Below, one piece after another: positions 29,294 through 47,333 of a stretch of 64,000 bases of DNA. Origin of the DNA: Eledone cirrhosa (taxonomy: Eukaryota). The notes beneath the pieces were generated by a model that did not search any database, was not told the DNA's origin, and saw only the letters and a program-made list of their open reading frames with translations. The stretch lies in assembly GCA_964016885.1 (NCBI GenBank), contig CAXHJY010000455.1, positions 4,203 to 68,202 on the forward strand, read 5' to 3'. The position numbers and the translations under genes were made by a program. Each line of letters opens with the position of its first letter. Position 1 is the first letter of the stretch.

Positions 29294-30013
29294 GTACATA
29301 CATTCATATTTTTTAGTTCATGCGTGTATGGGTATGTCAATGTTAGCGTATGATTATACTAATATATAGTTCTCTCTCCATATCCTTAGATGGTGCGTAA
29401 ATAAAGCTGCTAGGAGCGTATTCCTGATTCGTCAGTCATTACAATATATATGTTTAATATATCATGGAATAAAAAGGTTCTATTTGATCTTTGATGCAAT
29501 GCTTAATTTCGTAAAATTGTCCTCCATTACATACGTTATAAATCTTGGCTATAAATTATATATTGGCCTGACATAAAATCTATATATACTGTACAAAAAC
29601 ACAAAAATAACATAAACATACGCTCTCAGAAAGTTTTGCACAGACTACATATACACAAACACACACACACATGCACGCCAATATGCACACAATCACACAC
29701 ACATATGCACATACCTACACACACCTGCACACGCATACACATATATGGATGTTGGAATTATTTTCAATTTACACTGTTGTTATTAAAACACAATTCATAT
29801 TATCTATAGATTTGTATGTGATTTCATACCCAAGCTTTGTACATGGAACATTAACTCGGATGAAGTAGAAAGAAACTGAACTTGTGACCACAAAATCATT
29901 AGTATCGCTTCAAAACATTTCACACAGGAACATATTAACCAGAATTACTTTTAAACACAAAATAACCCCATGTCAAAGGTTTGGAATGGCAAATGGAATC
30001 ACAAGTATTATTA

Positions 30014-30044
<31 letters not shown>

Positions 30045-30053
30045 CATACGAGC

Positions 30054-30102
<49 letters not shown>

Positions 30103-30924
30103 CGGGCAAATATATATATATATATATACGTGCGTGTGTAGATATGCGTTGTTTACAAACACTGACATATCATAGTCACGTAACGAATAAATCAGTGAAA
30201 GATTGTAGATATATGTGGGAAGAGACACACACATACACACACATACACACACACACACACACACACATACTTACACACAGATACATACACACACACACAC
30301 ACACGCGCATATATATATATGTGTGTGTGTGTGTATGTATGTATGAGTGTATAACATACATGTGTGTGTTTGGATTCTATATATGTGAATAAACGCGACC
30401 GAGCGATTATAAATATTTGTAATCAAGATTTGGACACGATGAAATATGAGTGTCTGCCAAAACCTAGCTGTATCAATATTTATTTCAGAATTCAGCACCT
30501 CTCTAAATTTTATCGGACTTCAGTTTTCATTAATATAAAAATATTCACAATATATAATATCCATCTGCAATATCGGAATTATTGATATGTATACAATATT
30601 GATATGTATATAATCAATTTTTCGATTTGTTTAGTTGTAAGGAAAGCTTTTTTTTTCCCCCAATCGTTAACTGTTTATTATTTACTGAATAGTTCTACTA
30701 TTGGTAATGGTATCGATATGGGCCTGAACTCCCGAAGACTCGTCTCCTGAAGCGTCATAGGAGCGCCATATTGACATACTGCGTTTCTAGAGCATGTTTT
30801 GAACTTGGTGGAGCCAATCTCCTCTCCTGGTTTCTCTTCTCCAGAGAAGGATAGATATATTGAGAGAAAGGTAGTGAGAAAGAGTTAGAGAGGAAGAATC
30901 AGCTCTAGGAATAAACTTGTATAT

Positions 30925-31020
30925 TTTTTTTATTGACCATGCATGGATGAAAGGCAAAGTTTACCTCGGCTGGATTTGTATTCATTCTATCTGACATTTT
31001 AACAAATCTGCCAATTCGTG
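30925..31020 (-). mobile_element. SINE fragment
   Basis: ggatgaaaggcaaagtttacctcggctggatttg. Confidence 0.6.
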
Positions 31021-33819
31021 GACTGGTTGTACAATGTTATATGCTTAATATAAACTATTCCGCAACAGGTAATTTGTCTTTGTCCAACACGCTTCACAAA
31101 GCCGATGTCATAACGTGGATCAAGGACAGTTAGACCATCCGTGCGATAAATGAAGAATCGATAAATATCACGAAACAAAATAAATTTTGGCAGCTACTGT
31201 TCTGAAAATCGTTAAGTCAAATTAAACACGATATTGTAAATTAAATAGTCGTTTGAATTTTTTTAGTACGTTATTCTTTTATTTATTTTAAACTAAGTTG
31301 GTGTCTACAGATTTTTGTTGGAAAACGTATAATATCAAGTACTTAGTTATAAGCAGAACAACCGGAACAGTTCAAATAATGTGTATACTTTTTTTCACAA
31401 CATAATCAAAGGACATTTGTCATAACTAACATTAATATAAAAAAAATGTCTACTCTAAATCCTGCTAGCGGTGAGTTTCACAAAACCACATGATAATTAA
31501 ACGGATGAACTTGTTCTGACGCCTATTTCTTGATGGCTGTAACTCTTTTGCTTAATAAATATAGTTTAAGGAAGTATTATGAATAATATGTTAGCAAATA
31601 TTAAACGGAAACAACAAACGTTACAACGTTGTATAATGATAACCTATATTAGTTTATAGCTTTTATTTGCTCCGCGAAGGTTAAATATTCTTTTTAGATT
31701 AATAGTCGAAGCACAATGGAGCGTAATACATGTCAAATATATACTATGGCACATTTATCTTCGAAATGAGTAGAAACGACGTAGGATAATTTTGAAACGG
31801 AGATAGAAAAATCAAGAAAGAATTTATAAGCAAAAAACAACAACCTTCAGCAAAATATATTACACGTCTAGTATAATAAATATATTTAGAGCTGTAATAT
31901 AAAATTGAGACGTTGTGTTTTATATGAAATTAGTTATAGCACATATATATTTAGGAAAAGTAACTTGACAGAGAAAAGCGATTGTCATAAAAATATACAA
32001 TCACTGTTAAATTTACACATTACTCGGCTTACACACACAGAGGACACACAAACAGCACATACACACACATATACGCATAGGTATATATTTTTGTTTGCAG
32101 TTACGCATGCACTCATGAACAAAATGAGAAGCACACTTCTCGTCTGAGTCACCGGCATTCATACGATTAATAGTGAAAAGTATTATACATATATGATGTT
32201 TACGTCCACCTTTAACTTGTCTTAATGCAAAATTACGATTAAGAAATTTATATGGAAGTGATCTATTCATTTCTATGGGCATTCTATCCATCACTCTCTG
32301 CCAGCATGTTCGTCACTCTCTGTCTACATTTATATCTAGCCATTTATTTCTATTTGTCTGACTTTAATATTTTTCTGTGCATCTGCTCTACGTATAGGTT
32401 AATCTGCTTTGTTTTGTTCTTTTGTTACAGACCTGCCAACGTCTAAAAACCCAAACGGGAAGAACCACGAAACATTGGAGAAATGAGGCAAACGGGGAGA
32501 AATGAGGCAAAATGGGGATATTTTACATAATTACATTTATACCCATTTTTACAAAAGAAGAGATTTCTCACCCATCCCAAAGTGAGTGGGAGATCACCCA
32601 ATCGGACGGAGAGATTTGAAATGTTTGTTGTTGGTATAAAGATTGGAGGGAACTCCACTAATTTGATAATCTCAAAATAGACAATTTACTGTACAGAAAT
32701 TGTGGAAGAAAAGGGAGAAAATATGAATAAACAGAGAACAACAAAGTAACGAGAAAGAACGAATGTGACGTTGTTATACACCTGAAGGTACATCACGAAC
32801 TGTACCCACTAAACACATAGAAAATATAATTGAAATAAATCAATAATGAAATTGCTGAATAGCTGAGAGTACATTATGGACAGTCAAACAAAAGTATGCT
32901 TTAAAAATACGATTAATAATAACTAAAACCAGTTTGCACTCTTCCATTACACAGTTTGTATGTATTTGTTGGAGGTGCGTTGTTAATATACTGATGAGGC
33001 TAAGCTTTAAAATTTAATTTCCCTGTTTTGTTCGATGGTCTCTCGATACAATTTTAAATCTTGGATTTGACACTATATATATATACATATATAGTGTCAC
33101 TCTGTACATATACTGTTACTCTGCTCGCATGTGCGTTTGTGTAAGTGTACGTGAGCTTGTGCGCGTACGTCTGTGCCAGTACATCAACTTTATATTGATT
33201 GAATTAAAATATGCCATAAACCGTTTTGTCAGATTCTCGAGAATAATTATCCAATTGTTTAAGACGTGACGCAATTTTGAAATTTCTTAATTATCTAATT
33301 ATGTTCAATTATAAATTTCGTCTCTGAACAGGAAATGAATTTTCAAAACTACAAAACAACCAAATTCTTGAAGGAATAAGGGTAAAGACAATCGAATATG
33401 TTACTGGTAACTTCATTACGGAAATGAATATTAAACCCATTCAGTTTTATTATTGAAAGATGAATAATAGCTTCAGTCAAATTCTTTAAATGTGTGTCTA
33501 CTCTGGTAATAGATGATATTTTATATCTTTCACACAATAACACATTGATTTGCAAAATAAAACAGATTAGCAGTGGTAGTTAATTAGCCTCCACGATGTT
33601 CTAATGCTGATGTACAGTGCTAGCCTTCTTGAAACACAACTGAATGCCTATACAGTTATTCAGCTCAGCACATCTTAAAATAACATGTGTAAGGTCAGCA
33701 CATCATAAAATAATGTGACAGGTTGACTGGAGATATCTTTACACCTGTTACTCTTTCGGAGAAATACATTTCTAATGTTATATATTTTAGGAAATAATAA
33801 TGAAAATATGCACCTAAAT

Positions 33820-33995
33820 ATTGTTTCTGACATAGGCACAAGATGAAAAATTTCAGGAAGGGAAAGTCGATTAAATTGACTCCAGTACATTACTAGTACT
33901 TTATTTTATCGAGCCTGTAAGGATGAAAGGCAAAGCTAACCACGGCGGGATTTGAACTCAGAAAATAAAGAGCCGTAAATCTATGCCGTGAAGCC
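33820..33995 (-). mobile_element. tRNA-derived SINE (Meta-domain type)
   Basis: gtactttattttatcga..aaggatgaaaggcaaagctaacc.cggcgggatttgaactcag. Confidence 0.8.
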
Positions 33996-33999
33996 CTTC

Positions 34000-36870
34000 A
34001 TAAAAGAGGAAGTGACGAGACCCAGCCAAGTAGATATTAACAAAATATCACCATGACATATCATAAACAACATACCTGGAAGTAAGTCATGGAGTATGAA
34101 AGCAATCTTTGGACGTTGGGAAGGAAAATGCTATGTCGTCTGTGTCAAAAATTAAAACGATGAAGTTAGTAAGGATGATGGGCAGGAAGGGATGAGTAAC
34201 TGAAATAGAAATATCTTGGATAATTGAACGCTTAAGCGAACCTCTAAAAAAGAGAGGTAGAAGCTGAGGTCGATTCTACGGTGGAATGCCAAGTCATCAA
34301 TAGGCAACATTAACAGAAATGATGATGGGTATGTTACTACTGTTCAGCTGGGTGGCTTAAGTTTGAACCCTGGTATTATTACGATTGATGATACAAATGG
34401 GGGGAGTCAATTAGATGATCGATTTGCTTGAATAACGGAAACGGCTTTTGAAGTTGATGAATGCTCAAGAAAAAATATCAATTAATATGAGAAACGTAGA
34501 TAGGGAAATGATATATGCATTTTAGGAAGAGATAAATGGTGTCTTACAATATGCCATGATAGAAGACATAGCACGAATAGTGAATCGTATCTGTGTGGTT
34601 GCTCTAATTGTCAAGAGGAAATTGCAAGTAAGGACAGACCAAGCGGACGAATGCAAAAGAATCATGGTAGAAATTTTAAGGCTGATCAGGCCAAGGAGTT
34701 CGTGAATGGGATATGGGGATTCAGTGTGACTCATAGAAAAGACGCTAAGTGCATAGAAATCATTGAGGCGGAATGGTGAAAATGAAATAGAAAAAAAATA
34801 CCATAATCATTGATGATCAAGAGAATCAAATAACTAAGATGCCTAACAGGAAGCCTCCTCATGAATTAAATGTGGTGAATGGCATTTGGTTATAGAGGTG
34901 TGATGCAATTCTTGAGATGTTTTTGTTTCAATTGAATGATTTGAGTTGGTGCAGTCAGGTGCAGTTCCATTTTGATAGAAGTAAGGGCAATGCCCTAGTA
35001 AAATAACGCAGTGTCTCCACTGTCAATGTGGATGGAACTTACGGGGTTGTGTGCAGGAAAATCATCATTCATTTCCAGAAAGTTATGTTGGCAATGAAAC
35101 AAAATGGCAGTAGGAAGAAGTCCAACGATACCAAAAAAAATCACCTGGTTAAATATATGAGAGTTTGGAGATATGGGAAGAGAACATAATAACAAGACAT
35201 GTCTATTGCCTGAATTGACTTCAAGATCGCATGTGATATGGTACCTGCTTCGATCGTTGAATGCCTTCAAATATTTGATATTGCTGAGAGTTATTTTCTT
35301 TTGGATAGTAATGCGGAGTGTAAAACAAATTTATACCAAAACAATGTCTTTTTTGGAGATGTAGATATTAAAAGCGATTACTTCCAAAGTGAATCATTCT
35401 TACAGCGATTATTCGTTATCACAATTATACCTATAATACTGTCACTTAGGAAAGTTAAAGTAGGTTAATATTTTGGAAAGCAATGGAGATTCATGAAGTA
35501 TCTTCTGTTTATGGATGACGTGAAACTGTTTAGGAAGTATTTAAAACAGTTATAGTAATTGGTTGAAACAGTGCAGATAGTTACATCGGCATTGAATTTT
35601 GGATTTCCACATTGTCTGTGCTCCATATGAAAAGAGTGAACAAATCATCCCTTGTTGGAATACGACCGCCATTGTAGGAAATTATGCGGGACTAGACAAT
35701 AGTGGATGTGGAGAATGCAGAACTGGATGATGTATTACAAGCAGAAATCAACGAAAAGTTTAGTGATACATATTTAGTGAGAGAGAGAATATGTTTTCGA
35801 AGTCCAACCTGAATGCGAGGAATCTATTCACCAGAATGACTATTTGGGATGTTTCGAGGTAGTATTAGATAGAGTTCCGTGTCAGACAGAAAGTAGAAAA
35901 ACACGTTTGAGACATCTAATGGAATTTCACAGACTTTCTAATTAAGGCAAATATAAATAGATTATACATGAAGAGGCTTAATGTTGCTAGAGATCTCACC
36001 ATTGTGTATTATTGTATAAGGAATGGAAGATTGATAGCAGAATATTTGATAATTAATGGCGGAAATGTGTTGCAATATGCTGCAGAAGATATGGAGATAA
36101 ATGCAGATGAAATACTAGGAAACGAATATTTTAATCAATACTTTGATGAGAGGAGAAAAGAAGATCTATGAATGAGATTTGATGGTCAATTTGATTGAGA
36201 CACATAGGTTATGACAGGTTATGATTGATTAAACAACATCATGAACGTGGCTTCACCAAGGTGATGTGGAGAGTGTCACTGAACACATTATATCTGAAGC
36301 GCGAGACCTAGGTCATGTTAAGTATGGCTTCTGCATATATTTTGACACCCAGAAAGACACTATGGAAAGACAGTAGATGACGTAATGCATTCGGTAAGAG
36401 GATATAAGGATGCTGCACTCATAGAATACAAGTGTCTTCAACGTGTCAATATTGGATGGTGTGCCGTGAATACGAATGTGGCGTAATAGAATATTATTAT
36501 GGACGTGTGCATTGTAAAGTAATGCTCGTGGATGTGAAAGCAACGGTTAATGTGATTGTGGTTTACAAACCGAAACAGTAATTGACCTGCATGGATCAAA
36601 TATTGTCGAATTGAAAAGGGATTCAAATAGGTTCAGATCATTGATGTAGATATACGAAATGACACGAATATTGCGAATAAAGAGTTGAGAATGACAGGTG
36701 GTATTGGCAAGATGGTTTAGAAAGAAAGCGAGTAATGCAAAAATGAAAAATCGTCATTATGAAATTTCATGATTGAAAGTGGTTGAAAATACCACGCAAA
36801 ATTAAAGTCATATGAAACAGCCTTGCCAAATGCTGCATATTTTTCCTGAAGGTGTTACCTGTCTTAGTTA
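34000..36870 (+). mobile_element. Highly decayed R4/Dong-clade (RLE-type) LINE
   Basis: Relics: MPNRKPP..NGIWL, DMVP..IVECLQIF.IAE, FQSES...LFVITIIP, YLLFMDDVKLF, SNLNARNLF, IDRLYMKR, EHIISE, IIDV.I.ND.NI..KE. 5' boundary approximate. Confidence 0.7.
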
Positions 36871-37889
36871 CTTGTTGTTAATTTACAGATGACTGATGTA
36901 TTAAATATTAACACCGCGCGAGAAAGTGGTAACAATGATTTGTTAGTAGAATAATTTGTAGTAGTAACTTTCAAAAATATTTACCACTTTTCTTACTTCA
37001 ACTTTTCCTCAAGATAAAGTTTTGTATTTATAGCATAATTATGTTTACAGTTGGAAACCTATTTACATGGCTAATATATTTGTATTTATTTAACCTTTTC
37101 CGTGTTTGAAAATAATGTAGATTGCAGCCGAGGCTTCGATCCATTTTATGAGCTCGACATTCGATCACTTAAACTGTGCTTAGAAAAGGGTTGATAACTG
37201 AACATAAGGGACAGGAAAAATGTAGATAATTGCAGCAGTGGGATGCTCTTACAAACAAGTAGATCGACTGTATGAGGAGTCATTCTGTTGTTTCAATCTG
37301 TAATGTATTTTGGTACCATACATGAAAACATGCATGGTACCAAACCCAGAAGCAATAATAGCAATTACATAACTATCGTCATAGCACCATAAGCAACAAA
37401 GAAAATATGTTCAGTGAGTGATATTTTTAGAAAATCTTACTAATGAATCTATCTCTGCCACGGCCGCATTTGGCAATCGTCACACCAGCAGCAGCAACGA
37501 CAACTAAAACACTCATTAACGTTCTATATGTAAAGAATAAAATTAGTGAAATGTATGTAAAATCATGAAGTAAATATGCCTTTAAATGACGATCTCATTC
37601 ATTTGCAAACCGTTAAAATATTAGTAGGTTTGAAATGATTCGAAACGTTTATTGTATAAATGTATAATAAATACTAAGTGAGTCGAACTTAGGGAGATAC
37701 ATCTAGGTTATTCATTATGTAATGATTAAAGATTGAGATTTATATATGGGGGCTTTACCAGAGTGAAGAGTTCAAACCTTCTATCCACTTTGGACACGCT
37801 GCTGTGGTTTACTTACAGAGAAGCATTGATCTATCAGAAATATGATTCAAATCATACCATCTGTTAACATATCTTTACATATTTCATTG

Positions 37890-38075
37890 ATTGCTAGTAT
37901 CGGTAGAGAGACGGACACCATGCTTTATAGCATAGAGTTACGTTACGCCCCTTTACAGTCTGAGTTCATATCCCGCCGAGGTTAACTTTGCCTTTCATCC
38001 TTACGAGGTCGATAAAATAAAGTACCAGTAATACACTGGCTAATTGCTGAGCTAGTGCCAAAAGTAGAAACAATT
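37890..38075 (+). mobile_element. tRNA-derived SINE (Meta-domain type)
   Basis: tctgagttcatatcccgccgaggttaactttgcctttcatccttacgaggtcgataaaataaagtaccagt; a more decayed copy follows at ~38095-38260. Confidence 0.85.
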
Positions 38076-39300
38076 ATGTAATGAAATAGAAAATGCAGGA
38101 GTTTCTGGCAGGCTGCTTGCGTTATTTAGCTACGTCCTTCTACGTACATTCTTAGTACACCGATATCAACATTGCCTTTCATGCTTTCTGGTTCGATAAA
38201 ACATCAGTTACGTTTTTCGATATAATCAATTTGACCCTTCGTCAAATTGTACCCATTTTAGATGACAGTATTTAAGGAATAGCAATCGTAGCTTTTATTT
38301 GTAGCCAGATGTTGCAATAAACTATAAAACTATATTTGAGCTAAATATTTGAATATATCCATAACGATAATCTTCCTAAAAGACTACCCTATATTTCACA
38401 TGTTCTATACAATACACAGGTGAGTGTTACAGATTAGAAAGTATAATTCGAGTTGCATATGATAGTGGCATAAATGTAGATAGTTGAGAAAACTTAAAAT
38501 GAAATTAATGCTACTGACAGGGATAACATAAAAACAGTCTCAGGTTATCCATAGATTGGAGAGGTGGTATTTTGCAGTAAAATGGAGAAGTGGTAGTTTA
38601 AAGTTTTAGACATAGATAGAAAATGAAGAATGTAACACTATCACGGTCTTCAAACATCCAAACAGTAACTTCATTTCTACAATATTTATTACACACTTTT
38701 GATTAGTATTTCATGTTTGTGTAGCATCTTCAAACTCAGTCATGGTTAATGGTATAGAATCACCACCCACATTATTTTGCATGCAATTCCGGAACGTTAT
38801 ACAATCTTAGAACCATTAAAACATTTTACATTCCAATATAGGCAGTTTCCATAGAAACAGAACGAGCCAGAGAAAGTTTATGAAAGGAATATTAACTTCT
38901 AATAAAACTTTAAGACAATACGGAGATTGAGCATATTCCAGTAATACAGTTTGGTAAATAATATATTCTCATGAGATTCATTTCAGAACCAACGTTATGT
39001 TTTTGATAATAAAACCATATTGTATATTGACATTTGCTTTCACTGAGATACTTTGCATGGTATGATTTAAAAACTTATATAAAGTGTATTCAGTGCCACG
39101 AGACGTTACACTACACTTCCTCCCACAAAAAAAAAAACATTTGCATTATATATAATGTAACAACTACTATTTGAGGGGGGGGGGGGGGGGCGTCATGCAC
39201 AAACTATGTCACAAAGAATATTACTATCACTAACTCACTCTGGTTTTATTCTTCGTATTTATTCTTGCCTGTTTTCAAGTCGAGCAGTTGCAAGAGTGGG

Positions 39301-39357
39301 AGGGATCGTCCTGATGAGTACCAGTTCAGTTGGAAATGCGCATAGATGATTGTCCCT
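39301..39357 (+). ncRNA. Degenerate type I hammerhead motif
   Basis: agggatcgtc-CTGATGA-gtacca gttcagt tg-GAAA-tgcgc-ATA-gatgattgtccct. Good stem I and palindromic loop III; stem II base broken. Confidence 0.55.
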
Positions 39358-39879
39358 CGTGCTTCTGCTGGACACCGCCGGACGACGTTAGCCGCTGGTG
39401 TTTTGGCATTACTACGGCTCTCTAAATGTTCATGTTAAACATAACGTATTTCTATAGAAATACGAAATTCCAATACATATTTGTATACAACTCTGCCTGA
39501 AGCTGAATTCTAATTCTAATATATATATATATATATATAAATAATAGAAAGCGAAAAATCACCGATTTTTCGTTTTCTATTCTATCATACACTGCTCTGT
39601 AAGAGCATAGAGTGCTCAACCGGCATACCACCTATGGAAGCATCTTAGCTACCATCAGACACACACATATATATACATATATATATATGTGTATATTGTA
39701 TATATATATATATATATATATGGGAAATGTATGACCCCCGACGGCAGAGCTCAAACCGTTTCGACGGCTGTTACCCACACTACTACCCAAATTATTGAAT
39801 ACTCTGGTGCTTTATCGTCCATATGGTTCCTTACCAGAACTCCTTCTTTATATATATATATATATATATATATATCAGT

Positions 39880-40740
39880 ATATATATAAAATTAAGTATG
39901 TGTGTCTGTGTATTACCTATAGGGGCCTACATGTTACGACCGATTTTCATGAAACTTTACAGGCCCATAGATTAGTCATCGGGGAGTGCTTTCTATATAT
40001 CAGCGTATAGTTTTTTTTTATTCCGGGGGTCATTCTGCAGGTAACAATCGATACGTGGGGTCACCTTTTTTAGGTATCGAAATATAAGATTTTTGGCTCT
40101 AGCTCACACATTTTGCCATCGATTTCGTTCAAATGTTAAAGCTAAATAGAATTTATCATTGCACATCCTGTAATGACTTTATATTTTGCATTTCTTTTTC
40201 AGGAACGGCGTGGCAATCGCTTAAATATAAAAAATACCACATTTAGACTCAAGTTTCCACTTTTTCGGCTCTAGCCCCCACATTAATCAACCTACTTTCT
40301 TCACATTTTACACTACGTTAGATCTTATTATTAAACGTCTTAAAATGGCTTTACATTTTGGTTATTTATGCAGGAACGGCGTGGCAGCTGCTTAAATATT
40401 CGAAAATACCACCTTTTCGCTCGAATTTCTGCCTTTTCGGCTCTAGCTCCCACATTTTTCAACCGATTTCGTTCAAATTCGAAACTTCGGCTCCACCTCA
40501 CACATAAATCAATTCATTTGTCTCAACTTTTATACTACGATAGAATCTATAATTGCATATCTTATAGCAGCTTTACACTTTGCATTTTTGTTCAGGGACG
40601 GCAACCTATCATTAGCTCCCACATTTTTCAACCGATTTCGTTTAAATTCGAAACTTCGGCTCCACCTCACACATAAATCAATTTATTTGTATCAACTTTT
40701 ATACTACGATAAAACCTATCATTGCACATCTTATAGATGG
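39880..40740 (+). mobile_element. Helitron/Helentron-like non-autonomous element with ~173-bp internal tandem repeats
   Basis: Starts tatatataaaattaagtatgtgtgtctgtg..accgattttcatgaaacttt; ggctctagctcccacatttttcaaccgatttcgttcaaat recurs near 40096, 40266, 40438 and 40613. Confidence 0.5.
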
Positions 40741-41029
40741 TCAAAGGCAAAACGATGGTCACTGACGTCGTATGAGCTTTTAGTTGTGTATTTGCGCAAG
40801 TAATAAGACACCCAAATTCCAAGTCTTCTCATTTTACATTTTCGCTGACAATACAATAGAACAAATACGAATAAATAAGGAAAATATGTTTATTCAAAAA
40901 TATAGACCAGCATTAAATATAGTTTAATATACATTATGTCAACACCATAACATGCTAACCATCCAAACAAACACATACATACACACACACATACCTCCAA
41001 GTTTAAAAAATAAAAACCAGAACTAAATA

Positions 41030-41440
41030 AACCTTAACATACGTTAATACTCTAACACCTTAACATGCTAACACACACACACACACACACACATAACTCC
41101 CTCCCCCATTTCTACTAACTGAATTATTTTCCTACACACACACCTACACACATACACACATACATATATATATTCTCTCCATCTTAACATGCTAACCATA
41201 CTCCCCCCCCCACAAACATAACACACATATACACACACATAACACCCCCCACACACATAACTCCCTCCACCATTTCTACTAATAGAATCACACACAAAAT
41301 ATAAATATATTCTCTCCATCTTAACATTCCCCCCCACACACACATAACACCCATACACACACACACAACTCCCTCCCCTATTTCTACTAATCATCTTGCT
41401 AATCACAAGCACAGAAATCATCTTGCTAATCACAAGCACA
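41030..41440. repeat. CA-rich minisatellite plus a 23-bp duplication
   Basis: cttaacatgctaac...acataactccctcccccatttctactaa x3; aatcatcttgctaatcacaagcacaga x2. Confidence 0.8.
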
Positions 41441-42107
41441 GAAATAAACATACATATCTCTACTTTCTTTATTTCAATAGAAAGCCTGAATTCTGACACC
41501 CCAGCAAACCAGCCATTTTCAATGAACCAGAACAATTCTCCCCATCCCATTTCTCTTGACCATTATATTTTGTTTGGCACCAAATTCTCTAAAAGGCTAC
41601 AAAATAAATTCCCAAATTCGTGCGCGAAAATGAATGAAATTGTTCATGTGACAGTCATAATTTCATAACCAATCAAATTATATTTTAAAAAAAAAAGCCT
41701 TCGCGAGCCACATTTTTTAAGTAAAAAGAAATTCAAATACGAACTGGCGCGAAAGCTGATGTGCTTATTCACATGACTAATTAACCAAACAAACTTCACT
41801 CATATATGAAAAAAAACAACCTGAGCCTCCCACCCCATTTTGTTGAAGAACTTTGTTTACGCGAACTGGCGCGAAATGTATTATACATATCAAATTACTT
41901 CTCTAAAAACCTGGCATTTCGAGCCACTTTTTACCATATAAAACAAGTAACATTCAAAGACCAACCAGATGCGAAAAGAACCACAGACCCTCCATCTCAA
42001 CCCTACTTTTGAAAAGCAGAAGAACTGCGAAACTGGTAAAGGAACCAAATAAATACGTATATTTAATAAAAAAAGACTCCAGTTGCATTTTCGATCTCAT
42101 CGTTTTT

Positions 42108-42161
<54 letters not shown>

Positions 42162-42599
42162 GGAAAAAATGAAATTTCGTTTCTCACTCGTAGTACGTCT
42201 GATACTTAAATATAAGTATGTATACATTCATATGTATACAGACGTATGTATATACATACATACATGCACATATATATATATGTATGTACAAATTAGGCTG
42301 CTCAGCTGTTAATATACATAAGGAAAAGATATACTTTCAAACGTTCAATCGACTGACAGGAAGGTTTACGGTGCTGATGACAGCTAATAAGCTAGAAACA
42401 AGTTCATCGTTTCTTTGTCAGTGTTGAACAAAATGGTAACAATGGTTACTGAACACTATCCGGCTAATAATTCGTCATGTTTGTTTACAACCAAACCGAG
42501 CATTATAACAAATTTCCTGTAAACTCATACGTACATATGTATATGTGTGCATACATACTACTGTACGTCTGTATACATTTATGTATTTACGTGTACATT

Positions 42600-42669
<70 letters not shown>

Positions 42670-42989
42670 CATATATTCATGGCGTACGGTCTGCTTCTCT
42701 GACCTCTCATGAAATTCACCCAGCCTATGCTGATCGGATAACTATCATGTTGCTTGCTGTTTTTCACACCTTCGGTTTGCTTTTCATTCTGTTGTTTACT
42801 TGTCTCACTCGCTTTACTCGTTTCACTTGTCCCAATAGCTTATTTTAGATATTGCTCGCACCAACCTGACGTATCTGATTTTTAATGCGATGAAATACCA
42901 ATGATGATTGGCAAATCACTGATGAGGGACTAATTTTATAATATGTAATCCATGTGCAACCATGCAGTATTCTTCTCCCCTTGTTTTTC

Positions 42990-47333
<4,344 letters not shown>

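Noticed and set aside
32428-32660. Possible hAT-type MITE beginning cagacctgccaac
   Set aside because: No convincing matching right TIR or TSD.
32991-33050. CTGATGAG as a hammerhead core
   Set aside because: No stem II and no GAAA/NUH downstream.
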